Below, one piece after another: positions 36,800-51,104 of a stretch of DNA of 64,000 bases. Source of the DNA: Haliotis cracherodii (taxonomy: Eukaryota); NCBI RefSeq assembly GCF_022045235.1, contig NW_027266343.1, positions 56,172,001 to 56,236,000 of the forward strand, read 5' to 3'. How positions within the stretch are numbered: the stretch's first letter is position 1; each line of letters begins with the position of its first letter. Made by a program: the position numbers and the translations under genes. The notes beneath the pieces were generated by a model. That model worked only from the letters and a program-made list of their open reading frames with translations. It was not told the origin of the DNA and did no database searches.

Positions 36800-39220
36800 C
36801 CATATATGGAATCACGCGTTGCTATCATCATACTCTCATTTGGCTCGTTTGGAGCATGCTATGGCAATCCCCTTCTTAGCTATATTTTAGGCATGACATG
36901 AATTCAGATTTAAAAGACTTTGTATTGTGAATATACTGCTGTTCCCAAATATACCCGAAACCAAAGCTAAACAGGATATATTTACAATTCGAAACCCAGT
37001 TGCTTTTGCCTTTATTAGATGCCTGTAACATCATATTATAACACTTTTGTGGATAACGGGTGTCAGGCATAGAAATAATTAGCGTCAGTCCGTAACTAAT
37101 ACATATTGTGTAAGCATAGATAGATACATGTAATGGATATCGGCCGCACTCTCCACTAACGATTTGGTTAGGGGTAGATATCTTGACATCAAGAAAGCGC
37201 TTACACGCCAACATATGTACAGTTTCCATTTCATCATTTTGATACAACGCCTATACCTCTGATCCATAAAGCAATATTGGGGTTATTTCAATGTTAAATA
37301 TTCTCGACAACAGTTCATGGCCAAATTTATCTACTTTACATTATGACTTCAAATGCAAAATACAGCTTTTTTCTTTTGCAAAACTGCATTTTCGAAGCGT
37401 CAGGGCCACGGAAGAAATTTCTAGAAAACATAACGCCTAAGAATTTGTAAAAAGATACACACTTGAGTTTAGTCTCTTTGTAAAACCATTTCCTGACAAA
37501 TGCCCCCACCCCTGCCTTCTTGAACACCAAGAACGTTGTATCCAAATTAACATCTTATCAAAGATCAATGTAATATTTCTCCAAAACATTCATTGGTTTC
37601 TGCAATCCCTCGATACTATCTGCTATAATGATAATATCATTTGCGAATAGCAAAATGAAACAAATGCGTCAGATCAGGGTACAACTGGATACCTTTCCTC
37701 AATTTGGAATAATAATTAATAAAAATGGAAAATAAAAAGGGACTTCAAACGAAACANNNNNNNNNNNNNNNNNNNNNNNNNNNNNNNNNNNNNNNNNNNN
37801 NNNNNNNNNNNNNNNNNNNNNNNNNNNNNNNNNNNNNNNNNNNNNNNNNNNNNNNNNNNNNNNNNNNNNNNNNNNNNNNNNNNNNNNNNNNNNNNNNNNN
37901 NNNNNNNNNNNNNNNNNNNNNNNNNNNNNNNNNNNNNNNNNNNNNNNNNNNNNNNNNNNNNNNNNNNNNNNNNNNNNNNNNNNNNNNNNNNNNNNNNNNN
38001 NNNNNNNNNNNNNNGTTTTTGGTGTCGTATCCCATACAGGTAGACATATATCAGTCTTTGGATCTAGGCCACGGCCGTCGTCCTAGGCTATAACAGACAA
38101 CCCCTGGGTATCCCCTCTGTCGCTCTCACTTGGGCGAAGAGGCATTCGTCCCTCGGCCCCATGGTATCGGCGTTTCGGTGATCCCCGGCGTGTAGTAGTG
38201 AATTCTGAATTCATCATTTTCAAGGACATAGATGTCGCCATTTATCACTAGTTTTTCATAGGAGAGATAAGCTGCCTTATCGCTTTTACATGCATCCAGC
38301 ACGTGAGGGATAAGCCCCGCCCTTATCTTTCTAACTCTCTCTTCTATGCCATTAACTATTCCTCTTCTTTATCAACAAGAGTTTCCAATTTGGATATTCT
38401 TTCTTCAAATTCAACGTTTTCCGACCTCAGCTTAAAAAAATAATGATTGTATCAAACTTTCTATTAAGTTTACCAATTCCCGATCTGATAAGTTTTATCC
38501 GTTCAGTGGCATCATCCTGGTAGTGGATTAGAATCGCTGTTCCTCGAGTTAACATCGTGCTGAAGTAGACTATCTAGTTGCCTTACTCCACTCTCTCTTA
38601 TTTGCCATAAAATGTTCCTCTTCTTTATCAACAAGAGTTTTCAATTTGGATATTCTTTCTTCAAGCTCAACGTGTTCCGACTTGAACTTAAAAAAATAAT
38701 GATTGTATCAAACTTTCTTTTAAGTTTACCAATGTCAGATCTCATAAGTTTTAAACGCTCAGTGTCATCTTCCTGGTTGTGATTAGAATCGTTTTTCCTC
38801 TTGTTAACGTCGTGCTGAAGTAGACTATACAGTTGCCTTACTTCGGGCACCCCAACTGACACTTCCCCGACCCCGCGGGCCTTGGTTTAACTTCAATTCA
38901 GAACATACTTGTAGGAGTCATGGTATGACGAGCTCAAATATTGTTTTCTTATTATTTGATAAACAAATGGATGTTGTTACAATTTATCATAGTTTGTTAT
39001 AGGAGAAATAAGCTGCCATATATATTCGTTTTCACGTGCATCCATCACGTGAGGCATAAGCCCCGCCCTTATCTTTCGAACTATCTCTTCTATGCCATTG
39101 ATTGTTCCTCTTCTTTTTCAACAAGATATTCTTTCTTCAAGCTCAACGTTTTCCGACCTCAACTTAAAAAATAATGACTGTTTAAAATTTTCTTTTACGG
39201 TTACCATTGCCCAATCTGAT
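36800..39220 (-). mobile_element. LINE relic in the spacer of unit 2
   Basis: Near-identical copy of 29995-32410. Confidence 0.75.
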
Positions 39221-40088
39221 GTTGTGACAATTTATCTTATTAAAGGAAATGGGTACAGCGTATTGCATTATGTTGGGCAAGGTACAAGTGTACATGTTCT
39301 CCATCTTATGTGTATACGTAAACTACGTGGCGTCCTATTCGTGCAAAAAATACAAATGGATATTAGATGGAACTGTATACTTGGACAGTCATCGCTTTAA
39401 AAATGAAATGTTAATCTACAGTTAATAGCTCAACAGCATATAAAATATAATGATGATTATTTACGTGTCATATGAATAATGTTTATGTTGTATCTTTCTC
39501 CTTACCAACGATCCCTTTTTTTATCGATGAAGAAATTTGTCATAGTTTATGATTCATACTGCGCAATTAAATTGTAGAATAAAATGACCACGCATCAACC
39601 CTTACAAGTCAACTCTCGCGAATGTATTTTGAGCTATGTATTATAGTTAAAAGAATACAGGATATCTAATATATATCTCCTTAAATATGTTTTCGTGAGT
39701 TTTTATCAGACCACATGTAAGTTCAGGAATACGTATATCCTTCCTTGCAGATTATTCACAAAAGATGTTTTCCACACAACTCAAGTTATTAACATATCCT
39801 GCCTTCAAGGATTTCTGTGTTATAATGGCCCTATACCTCGATGTGAAGACATACAGATGGACATTTAAAAAGTAATATTAATTCACCCAGTCCACTTGGA
39901 ACTCATGAGCTCAACCAACGTTGATGTACGCCATATTCATAATTTGTAGTTTATGTTGTACATATATGAAGTAAACAGATGAGGGAAATGTGGATCAATG
40001 TTACACATATTTTATTGAACTACTCTTGGTTCTACATAAATGCATTGCGATAAAGCTAGAGTTGTATCTTTGGCTTGTGTAAGAAGAC

Positions 40089-40570
40089 TCAGTAGTAACC
40101 GTACCCCATACCTGAAAGAGAACACATAATACACATGTAATTAAATAGGATAAAATCAAGATGTGTTCCTTTCATTTAACGTGGGTTCAATTAAATGTTA
40201 ATCTATGTTGATGGATTGACGGCTTAACTTGAGTGTAACGCCAAACATGATATTAATCAGATAACCTACCAATTCCTTTGCCAAGTCCAATTCCTCCGTA
40301 CATTCCACCGTACAGTCCTCCCATTCCACCATACAGTCCTCCAAATCCTCCGTACAGTCCTCCCATTCCTCCGTACAGACCTCCCATGCCTCCGTACAGA
40401 CCTCCCATGCCTCCGTACAGACCTCCCATGCCTCCGTACAGGCCTCCTATACCATAGCCGCCATAGCCATGGCCACCAAGGCCTCCGTACATGCCCATTC
40501 CGTAGCCAATGGGTTTGGCGTAGGTAGCAACAGCCAGACAGGCAACAAGGACGACGATGATCTTCATCAT
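40089..40570 (-). CDS. A3: secreted Gly/Tyr/Met/Leu-rich protein, 107 aa; coding exons 40570-40270 and 40111-40089
   Basis: Protein identical to A2; splice signals conserved. Confidence 0.88.
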
Positions 40571-41384
40571 TTTAAATAGCTGTCATAAAGAAATATTTTG
40601 AATTAGCGATACATTTAAACAACCAGGTTAATGTATTTGCAAGACGGTATTTCATCCATACAACCGATTACAAAGGTATTATCAATTCAAATTATTATAT
40701 ATGTATTTTGTTTCTACGTTATTATTTTGTTGTTGTTGTTTAACGGCGCATTCAGCAATATTCCAGCTGTATGACGGCTGTCTGTAATAATGGAGTCTGG
40801 ACCCGACAATCCAGTGATTGACATCATGAGCATCGATCCACTCAATTGGGTAACGATGACATGCATCAAACAAGTCATCAAGGCTGACCACCCGATCCCG
40901 TTAGTCGCCTCAAGCATACTCGCCTTTTACGGCAAGTGTATTCTGCTCCGGATCGTCACGGCGGATAATGCACATATACACTATTTGAATGACTGAGAGG
41001 GTAAACATTCACGTGATTCATATATTTATAATACATGTTCATTAATCAGTAATGATATATTGGAAGTTACACTTGAATGTGTTCACATTATCTCCGAATA
41101 TGGAACATTTGGCGAATATCGAAGCCAAATGTTGTACGCGTGATGGTTCAGGATGTAATAACTGAAATCCATGTTTCAAAAATATTATGTGAACTTTGGC
41201 GAACTTTTTGTTGACGAAAAGAGAGTTGACCGTTGTAAAAAAATTTGCCGACCTAAACTTAAATCATGGTTGATGTCACCATATGGATAAGCAAGTGATA
41301 TTACTACAACATTTACACAGTGTCAAATACAGATACTCACATTTAGGTACACAGATTGACTATTGGCAAATGCAGGAAAGTTCA

Positions 41385-41683
41385 GTGATGAGGTCACTCA
41401 CCACACTCACGTATATATACACCTGGTGTTATGTATTACCTGTGATTGATTAGCCTTGGAATGGCTACTTCCGGGTGGGATCAATGACAAACGTCAATTA
41501 ACTCTTCCGGAACAAGTAAAGGCGACATAAAATTACCAATTAACATCTGTTTTATCCTTGGGGCTTAAATGTGAGTAGTATTGGGTAACTGTACAAGGAA
41601 GAGTGGACATTGAGCCAGCGGGGTTAGACATTCCCGCAATCCCCGGTTAATATAAGAACACAGAAAAAGGCCGTAATCACCAG
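41385..41683. promoter_or_regulatory. Bidirectional promoter of A3/B3
   Basis: TATATATA at 41412-41419, TAATATAAG at ~41648-41656, and the conserved blocks. Confidence 0.7.
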
Positions 41684-41868
41684 TTTCGCACAGCTCCATA
41701 GTGACAAAGGTTAGTTGACTTGAATTCACATGATTTGTTTAAATTAATGAAGTCGAATTTGTAAATGTATTAAAATGTCAATAAACGAAGGCAAATACTG
41801 TTAATTACATTTCTACCTCATGTAACGAAATTAAGAAAGTATATATTCTTTCATGGCAGCTACTGAAA

Positions 41869-43254
41869 ATGATGAAGATTATCGTCGTCCTTGTTGCCTT
41901 TCTGGCTGTTGCTGCCTACGCCAAACCCACTGGCTACGGTATTGGCATGTACGGAGGCCTTGGAGGCCTTGGCTATGGCGGCTATGGAATGGCGGGCCTG
42001 TATGGGGGCATGGGAGGTCTGTACGGAGGCATGGGAGGCTTTGGCTATGGTGGCCTGGGAGGTCTGTACGGAGGTATGGGTCTTTACGGAGGCTTGGGAG
42101 GCCTGTATGGAGGAATGGGAGGCCTGTACGGCGGCATGTATGGAGGAATTGGACTTGGCAAAGGAATTGGTACGTTTTCACTTTTTTCACGTTTTCACTG
42201 TAATTTAATTATGTTAACATGGCATTAAGAGACATGTATTGTTGCATGAACATTTAATAAACTTGTGTCATTTTTGCGTATTGATTTGCTAATTTCAGTA
42301 ACATATAATCTGTCTGTAGGTTTGGAGATGGGAGGTGAGGTGTAGGGGGTGGGGTGGGGGTAGGGGTAGGGTGGGTAGGTGGGGGTGGCTTGAGGTTTGT
42401 TCGCAATCTTCTACTCTCAATACATACAATGATTGCCGTTGTTGCCTGTCTGACTGTTGACTGCTACCTACGACAAACCCATTGGCTTCGGTTTGGACGT
42501 GCACAGAGGCCTTGGTGGCCTTGGCTATTTAGGCTAAGGTAAGGGAGGCCTGTATGAAGGAATAGGCCTTTATCGAGGCGTGGGAGGCATGCATTGAGGC
42601 ATGTGTGTGTGTTGATCTGATGATAGGTAAATTGTGAAGAATGAACCCACTGTATGGTGGAACGGGATATGTGAAAGTAAGGGTCTTTTCTGCATATTGA
42701 TTTGCTAAATTTGAGTAACATGTACAAAGAACATGTATGGCATGCTGGGGTAGTACAGTAACCATGTCACTGACTCTGGCCAGATACAAGTAATATTTCT
42801 CTCTTTCTAATTTCGCCACAGTTCTATTTAAATATATGCATGTTAGTGAACACTTCAGCCATATAGTGACAATCCAATCTTTCAAGGCACTGTTATGACA
42901 CATTATTGATTAAATCACATCCATCGATGTACGTCGGTCCTACGACAAGCACGAGGTACTTATAATTGGGAACTAATTTTGACCGGGAATCCCCATCGAA
43001 TCGAAGGAAAAAGAAAGAAGGACCATGAGTTTTGTATTGTTCTTTTTAAACTTGATAACATACTTCACATTACGGGAGCAATCTACAATACAGGGCTGAA
43101 CCTTCCTTGCTATCAACGTAGTTCTTCCAATGCGAGTACATGATTTGTTTTGATTAATAGTTGCAATTAACACTATTGTTGGTTAGACAATTACATACGC
43201 ATCCCTTTATTTATATAGAATGTATTTTTCACTTCAGGTATGGGATACTATTGA
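41869..43254 (+). CDS. B3: secreted Gly/Tyr/Met/Leu-rich protein, 105 aa; coding exons 41869-42169 and 43238-43254
   Basis: Signal peptide, GGLYGGM repeats, conserved splice sites, GMGYY* end. Confidence 0.9.
42429..42605 (+). pseudogene. Decayed duplicate of the main coding exon nested in B3 intron 2
   Basis: MIAVVACLTV..., then after a frameshift KPIGFGLDVHRGLGGLGYLG*GKGGLYEGIGLY..., homologous to the A/B exon 2. Confidence 0.8.
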
Positions 43255-43689
43255 GGTTGGTGAGACGGCGCCTCAGATCTGCAAGAACTTCAGCGCTGAT
43301 CAAACAAACCTCTCAATGCTTCACGGAAGACAAATACTTTCTTCTCGGATCAATAAAGGACATTTCTACAATGCTTATTATTTTGTTGTTAGTTTCCAGT
43401 GATCCAATCATATAATTGTGACCCTTAATTTGCCTTTTACGCCTATTATAATCTTTTTTATGTGGATAATCGAGAATAATTATCATCTGGCGTTGACGTA
43501 TTATATGTCACCCAAATCACTCACTGTAAGTTGGAGGCCAAATTGCATATTGTTTGTCTTGATACTTTCCAGAAGTAGAGAAATACTTACTTCCTTTCCA
43601 AGTATCATATCGACACAAATTCTGATCAACGTTTACCATAAACATGTCACCCTTTGCTGTAACGCCTCACACCAACTGAAGACCCTGGT

Positions 43690-46545
43690 TTCCATATATG
43701 GAATCAGGCCATGGTCACGCGTTGCTCTCATCATACTCTCATTTGGCTCGTTTGGAGCATGCTATGGCAATCCCCTTCTTAGCTATATTTTAGGCATGAT
43801 ATGAATTCAGATTTAAAAGACTTTGTATTGTGAATATACTGCTGTTCCCAAATATACCCGAAACCAAAGCTAAACAGGATATATTTACATTCGAAACCCA
43901 GTTGCTTTTGCCTTTATTAGATGCCTGTAACATCATATTGTAACACTTTTGTGGATAACGGGTGTCAGGCATAGAAATAATTAGCGTCAGCCCGTAACTA
44001 ATACATATTGTGTAAGCATAGATAGATACATGTAATGGATATCGGTCGCACTCTCCACTAACGATGTGGTTAGGGGTAGATATCTTGACATCAAGAAAGC
44101 GCTTACACGCCAACATATGTACAGTTTCCATTTCATCATTTTGATACAACGCCTATACCTCTGATCCATAAAGCAATATTGGGGTTATTTCAATGTTAAA
44201 TATTCTCGACAACAGTTCATGGCCAAATTTATCTACTTTACATTATGACTTCAAATGCAAAATACAGCTTTTTCTTTTGCAAAACTGCATTTTCGAAGCG
44301 TCTGGGCCACGGAAGAAATTTATAGAAAACATAACGCCTAAGAATTTGTAAAAAAGATACACACTTGAGTTTAGTCCCTTTGTAAAACCATTTCCTGACA
44401 AATGCCCCCACCCCTGCCTTCTTGAACACCAAGAACGTTGTATCCAAATTAACATCTTATCAAAGATCAATGTAATATTTCTCCAAAACATTCATTGGTT
44501 TCTGCAATCCCTCGATACTATCTGCTATAATGATAATATCAGCTGTGAATAGCAAAATGAAACAAATGCGTCAAATCAGGGTACGACTGGATACCTTTCC
44601 TCAATTTAGAGTAATAACTAATAAAAATGGAAAATAAAAAGGGACTTCAAACGAAACACTGANNNNNNNNNNNNNNNNNNNNNNNNNNNNNNNNNNNNNN
44701 NNNNNNNNNNNNNNNNNNNNNNNNNNNNNNNNNNNNNNNNNNNNNNNNNNNNNNNNNNNNNNNNNNNNNNNNNNNNNNNNNNNNNNNNNNNNNNNNNNNN
44801 NNNNNNNNNNNNNNNNNNNNNNNNNNNNNNNNNNNNNNNNNNNNNNNNNNNNNNNNNNNNNNNNNNNNNNNNNNNNNNNNNNNNNNGTTTTTGGTGTCGT
44901 ATCCCATACAGGTAGACATATATCAGTCTTTGGATCTAGGCCACGGCCGTCGTCCTAGGCTATAACAGACAACCCCTGGGTATCCCCTCTGTCGCTCTCA
45001 CTTGGGCGAAAAGGCGTTCGTCCCTCGGCCCCATGGTATCGGCGTTTCGGTGATACCCGGCGTGTAGTAGTGAATTCTGAATTCATCATTTTCAAGGACA
45101 TAGATGTCGCCATTTATCACTAGTTTTTCATAGGAGAGATAAGTTGCCTTATCACTTTTACATGCATCCAGCACGTGAGGGATAAGCCCCGCCCTTATCT
45201 TTCTAACTCTCTCTTCTATGCCATTAACTATTCCTCTTCTTTATCAACAAGAGTTTCCAATTTGGATATTCTTTCTTCAAATTCAACGTTTTCCGACCTC
45301 AGCTTAAAAAAATAATGATTGTATCAAACTTTCTATTAAGTTTACCAATTCCCGATCTGATAAGTTTTATCCGTTCAGTGGCATCATCCTGGTAGTGGAT
45401 TAGAATCGCTGTTCCTCGAGTTAACATCGTGCTGAAGTAGACTATCTAGTTGCCTTACTCCACTCTCTCTTATTTGCCATAAAATGTTCCTCTTCTTTAT
45501 CAACAAGAGTTTTCAATTTGGATATTCTTTCTTCAAGCTCAACGTGTTCCGACTTGAACTTAAAAAAATAATGATTGTATCAAACTTTCTTTTAAGTTTA
45601 CCAATGTCAGATCTCATAAGTTTTAAACGCTCAGTGTCATCTTCCTGGTTGTGATTAGAATCGTTTTTCCTCTTGTTAACGTCGTGCTGAAGTAGACTAT
45701 ACAGTTGCCTTACTTCGGGCACCCCAACTGACACTTCCCCGACCCCGCGGGCCTTGGTTTAACTTCAATTCAGAACATACTTGTAGGAGTCATGGTATGA
45801 CGAGCTCAAATATTGTTTTCTTATTATTTGATAAACAAATGGATGTTGTTACAATTTATCATAGTTTGTTATAGGAGAAATAATCTGCCATATATATTCG
45901 TTTTCACGTGCATCCATCACGTGAGGCATAAGCCCCGCCCTTATCTTTCTAACTCTCTCTTCTATGCCATTAACTATTCCTCTTCTTTATCAACAAGAGT
46001 TTCCAATTTGGATATTCTTTCTTCAAATTCAACGTTTTCCGACCTCAGCTTAAAAAAATAATGATTGTATCAAACTTTCTATTAAGTTTACCAATTCCCG
46101 ATCTGATGTGTTTGATGCGTTCAGTGTTATTTTCCTGGTAGTGGATTAGAATCGCTGTTCCTCGAGTTAACAACGTGATGAAGAAGACTATCTAGCTGTC
46201 TTACTCCACTCTCTCTTCTATGCCATAAAATGTTCCTCTTCTTTATCAACAAGAGTTTTCAATTTGGATATTCTTTCTTCAAGCTCAACGTTTTTCGACC
46301 TCAACTTAAAAAAAATAATGATTGTATCAAACTTTCTTTTAAGTTTACCAATGTCAGATCTCATAAGTTTTAAACGCTCAGTGTCATCTTCCTGGTTGTG
46401 GTTAGAATCACTGTTCCTCTTGTTAACGTCGTGCTGAAGTAGACTATGCAGTTGCCTTACTTCGGACACCCCAACTGACACTTCCCCGACCCCGCGGGCC
46501 TTGGTTTAACTTCACCTCAGAACATACTTGTAGGAGTCATGGTAT
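43690..46545 (-). mobile_element. LINE relic in the spacer of unit 3, with an extra internal duplication of ~0.55 kb
   Basis: Same RT and ORF1 pieces. An additional ORF1-fragment copy at ~45950-46545 includes the intact phrase KNVELEERISKLKTLVDKEEE. Confidence 0.75.
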
Positions 46546-47459
46546 GACGAGCTCAAATATTGTTTTCTTATTATTTGATAAACAAATGGATTTTGTGACA
46601 ATGTATCTTATTAAAGGAAATGGGTACAGCGTATTGCATTATGTTGGGCACAGTACAAGTGTACATGTTCTCCATCTTATGTGTATACGTAAACTACGTG
46701 GCGTCCTATTCGTGCAAAAAATACAAATGGATATTAGATGAAACTGTATACATGGACAGTCATCGTTTTAAAAATGAAATGTTAATCTACAGTTAATAGC
46801 TCAACAGCATAAAAGATATAATGATGATTATTTATGTGTCATATGAATAATGTTTATGTTGTATCTTTCGCCTTACCAACGATCCCTTTTTTTATCGATG
46901 AAGAAATTTGTCATAGTTTATGATTCATACTGCGCAATTAAATTGTAGAATAAAATGACCACGCATCAACCCTGACTAGTCAACTCTCGCGAATGTATTT
47001 TGAGCTATGTATTATAGTTAAAAGAATACAGGATATCTAATATATATCTCCTTAAATATGTTTTCGTGAGTTTTTATCAGACCACATGTAAGTTCAGGAA
47101 TACGTATATCCTTCCTTGCAGATTATTCACAAAAGATGTTTTCCACACAACTCAAGTTATTAACATATCCTGCCTTCAAGGATTTCTGTGTTATAATGAC
47201 CCTATACCTCGATGTGAAGACATACAGATGGACATTTAAAAAGTAATATTAATTCACCCAGTCCACTTGGAACTCATGAGCTCAACCAACGTTGATGTAC
47301 GCCATATTCATAATTTGTAGTTTATGTTGTACATGTATGAAGTAAACAGATGAGGGAAATGTGGATCAATGTTACACATATTTTATTGAACTACTCTTGG
47401 TTCTACATAAATGCATAGCAATAAAGCTAGAGTTGTATCTTCGGCTTGTGTAGGAAGAC

Positions 47460-47920
47460 TCAGTAGTAACCGTACCCCATACCTGAAAGAGAACACATAA
47501 TACACATGTAATTAAATAGGATAAAATCAAGATGTGTTCCTTTCATTTAACGTGGGTTCAATTAAATGTTAATCTATGTTGATGGATTGACGGCTTAACT
47601 TGAGTGTAACGCCAAACATGATATTAATCAGATAACCTACCAATTCCTTTGCCAAGTCCAATTCCTCCGTACTTTCCACCGTACAGTCCTCCCATTCCAC
47701 CATACAGTCCTCCAAATCCTCCGTACAGTCCTCCCATTCCTCCGTACAGACCTCCCATGCCTCCGTACAGACCTCCCATGCCTCCGTACAGGCCTCCTAT
47801 ACCATAGCCGCCATAGCCAAGGCCACCAAGGCCTCCGTACATGCCCATTCCGTAGCCAATGGGTTTGGCGTAGGTAGCAACAGCCAGACAGGCAACAAGG
47901 ACGACGATGATCTTCATCAT
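47460..47920 (-). CDS. A4: secreted Gly/Tyr/Met/Leu-rich protein, 100 aa; coding exons 47920-47641 and 47482-47460
   Basis: Same structure as A1-A3. Confidence 0.9.
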
Positions 47921-48734
47921 TTTAAATAGCTGTCATAAAGAAATATTTTGAATTAGCGATACATTTAAACAACCAGGTTAATGTATTTGCAAGACGGTAT
48001 TTCATCCATACAACCGATTACAAAGGTATTATCAATTCAAATTATTATATATGTATTTTGTTTCTACGTTATTATTTTGTTGTTGTTGTTTAACGGCGCA
48101 TTCAGCAATATTCCAGCTGTATGACGGCTGTCTGTAATAATGGAGTCTGGACCCGACAATCCAGTGATTGACATCATGAGCATCGATCCACTCAATTGGG
48201 TAACGATGACATGCATCAAACAAGTCATCAAGGCTGACCACCCGATCCCGTTAGTCGCCTCAAGCATACTCGCCTTTTACGGCAAGTGTATTCTGCTCCG
48301 GATCGTCACGGCGGATAATGCACATATACACTATTTGAATGACTGAGAGGGTAAACATTCACGTGATTCATATATTTATAATACATGTTCATTAATCAGT
48401 AATGATATATTGGAAGTTACGCTTGAATGTTTTCACATGATCTCCGAATATGGAACATTTGGCGAATATCGAAGCCAAATGTTGTACGCGTGATGGTTCA
48501 GGATGTAATAACTGAATCCATGTTTCAAAAATATTATGTGAACTTTGGCGAACTTTTTGTTGACGAAAAGAGAGTTGACCGTTGTAAAAATGTTTGCCGA
48601 CCTAAACTTAAATCATGGTTGATGTCACCATATGGATAAGCAAGTGATATTACTACAACATTTACACAGTGTCAAATACAGATACTCACATTTAGGTACA
48701 CAGATCGACGATTTGCAAACGCAGGAAAGTTCAG

Positions 48735-49032
48735 TGATGTGGTCACTCACCACACTCACGTATATATACACCTGGTGTTATGTATTACCTGTGATTGATT
48801 AGCCTTGGAATGGCTACTTCCGGGTGGGATCAATGACAAACGTCAATTAACTCTTCCGGAACAAGTAAAGGCGACATAAAATTACCAATTAACATGTGTT
48901 TTATCCTTGGGGCTTAAATGTGAGTAGTATTGGGTAACTGTACAAGGAAGAGTGGACATTGAGCCAGCGGGGTTAGACATTCCCGCAATCCCCGGCCAAT
49001 ATATGAACACAGAAAAAGGCCGTAATCACCAG
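48735..49032. promoter_or_regulatory. Bidirectional promoter of A4/B4 (B-side TATA altered)
   Basis: TATATATA at 48761-48768; the B side reads CAATATATG at ~48997-49005. Confidence 0.65.
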
Positions 49033-49293
49033 TTTCGCACAGCTCCATAGTGACAAGGGTTAGTTGACTTGAATTCACATGATTTGTTTAAATTAATGAA
49101 GTCGAATTTGTAAATGTATTAAAATGTCAATAAACGAAGGCAAATACTGTTAATTACATTTCTACCTCATGAAATTTCAAATCTGTTCAAAGGTTATTTG
49201 TTTTACAATAATCGTATCTCAAATAGAATCACTTGATGGTATTAATGTAACGAAATTAAGAAAGTATATATTCTTTCATGGCAGCTACTGAAA

Positions 49294-50673
49294 ATGATGA
49301 AGATTATCGTCGTCCTTGCTGCCTGTCTGGCTGTTGCTGCCTACGCCAAACCCACTGGCTACGGTATTGGAATGTATGGAGGCCTTGGCTATGGTGGCTA
49401 TGGAATGGGAGGCCTGTATGGAGGCATGGGAGGTCTGTACGGAGGCATGGGAGGCTTTGGCTATGGTGGCCTGGGAGGTCTGTACGGAGGTATGGGTCTT
49501 TACGGAGGCTTGGGAGGCCTGTACGGAGGAATGGGAGGCCTGTACGGCGGCATGTATGGAGGAAAATACGGTGGCATGTACGGAGGAATTGGACTTGGCA
49601 AAGGAATTGGTACGTTTTCACTGTAATTTAATTATGTTACCATGACATTAAGAGACATGTATAGTTGCATGAACATTTAATAGACTTGTGTCATTTTTGC
49701 ATATTGATTTGCTAATTTCAGTAACATGTAATCTGTCTGTAGGTTTGGAGATGGGAGGTGAGGTGTAGGGGAGTGGGGGTGGGGGTAGGGCTGGTAGGTG
49801 GGGGTGGCTTGAGGTTTGTTCGCAATCTTCTACTCTCAATACATACAATGATTACCGTTGTTGCCTGTCTGACTGTTGCTATCTACGACAAACCCATTGG
49901 CTTCGGTTTGGACGTGCACAGAGGCCTTGGGGGCCTTGGCTATTTAGGCTAAGGTAAGGGAGGCCTGTATGGAGGAATAGGTCTTTATCGAGGCGTGGGT
50001 GGCATGCATTGAGGCATGTGTGTGTGTTGATCTGATGATAGGTAAATTGTGAAGAATGATCCCACTGTATGGTGGAACGGGATATGTGAAAGTAAGGGTC
50101 TTTTCTGTATATTGATTTGCTAAATTTGAGTAACATGTACAAAGAACATGTATGGCATGCTGGGGTAGTACAGTAACCATGTCACTGACTCTGGCCAGAT
50201 ACAAGTAATATTTCTCTCTTTCTAATTTCGCCACAGTTCTATTTACATATGAGCATGTTAGTGAACACTTCAGCCATATAGTGACAATCCAATCTTTCAA
50301 GGCACTGTTATGACACATTATTGATTAAATCACATCCATCGATGTACGCCGGTCCTACGACAAACACGAGGTACTTATAATTGGGAACTAATTTTGACCG
50401 GGAATCCCCATCGAATCGAAGGAAAAAGAGAGAAGGACCATGAGTTTTGTATTGTTCTTTTTAAACTTGATAACATACTTCACATTACGGGAGCAATCTA
50501 CAATACAGGGCTGAACCTTCCTTGCTATCAACGTAGTTCTTCCAATGCGAGTACATGATTTGTTTTGATTGATAGTTGCAATTAACACTTTTGTTGGTTA
50601 GACAATTACATACGCACGCATCCCTTTATTTATATAGAATGTATTTTTCACTTCAGGTATGGGATACTATTGA
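49294..50673 (+). CDS. B4: secreted Gly/Tyr/Met/Leu-rich protein, 110 aa; coding exons 49294-49609 and 50657-50673
   Basis: Signal peptide MMKIIVVLAACLAVAAYA, repeats, conserved splice sites. Confidence 0.9.
49848..50020 (+). pseudogene. Decayed duplicate of the main coding exon nested in B4 intron 2
   Basis: MITVVACLTVAIYDKPIGFGLDVHRGLGGLGYLG* followed by degenerate GGLYGG sequence. Confidence 0.8.
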
Positions 50674-51104
50674 GGTTGGTGAGACGGCGCCTCAGATCTG
50701 CAACAGCTTCAGCGCTGATCAAACAAACCTCTCAATGCTTCACGGAAGACAAATACTTTCTTCTCGGATCAATAAAGGACATTTCTACAATGCTTATTAT
50801 TTTGTTGTTAGTTTCCAGTGATCTAATCATATAATTTTGACCCTTAATTTGCCTTTTACGCCTAATATAATCTTTTTTCTGTGGATTATCGAGAATAATT
50901 ATCATCTGGCGTTGACGTATTATATGTCACCCAAATCACTCACTGTAAGTTGGAGGCCAAATTGCATATTGTTTGTCTTGATACTGTTCAGAAGTAGAGA
51001 AATACTTACTTCCTTACCAAGTATCATATCGACACAAATTCTGATCAACGTTTACCATAAACATTTCACCCTTTGCTGTAACGCCTCACACCAATTGAAG
51101 ACCC

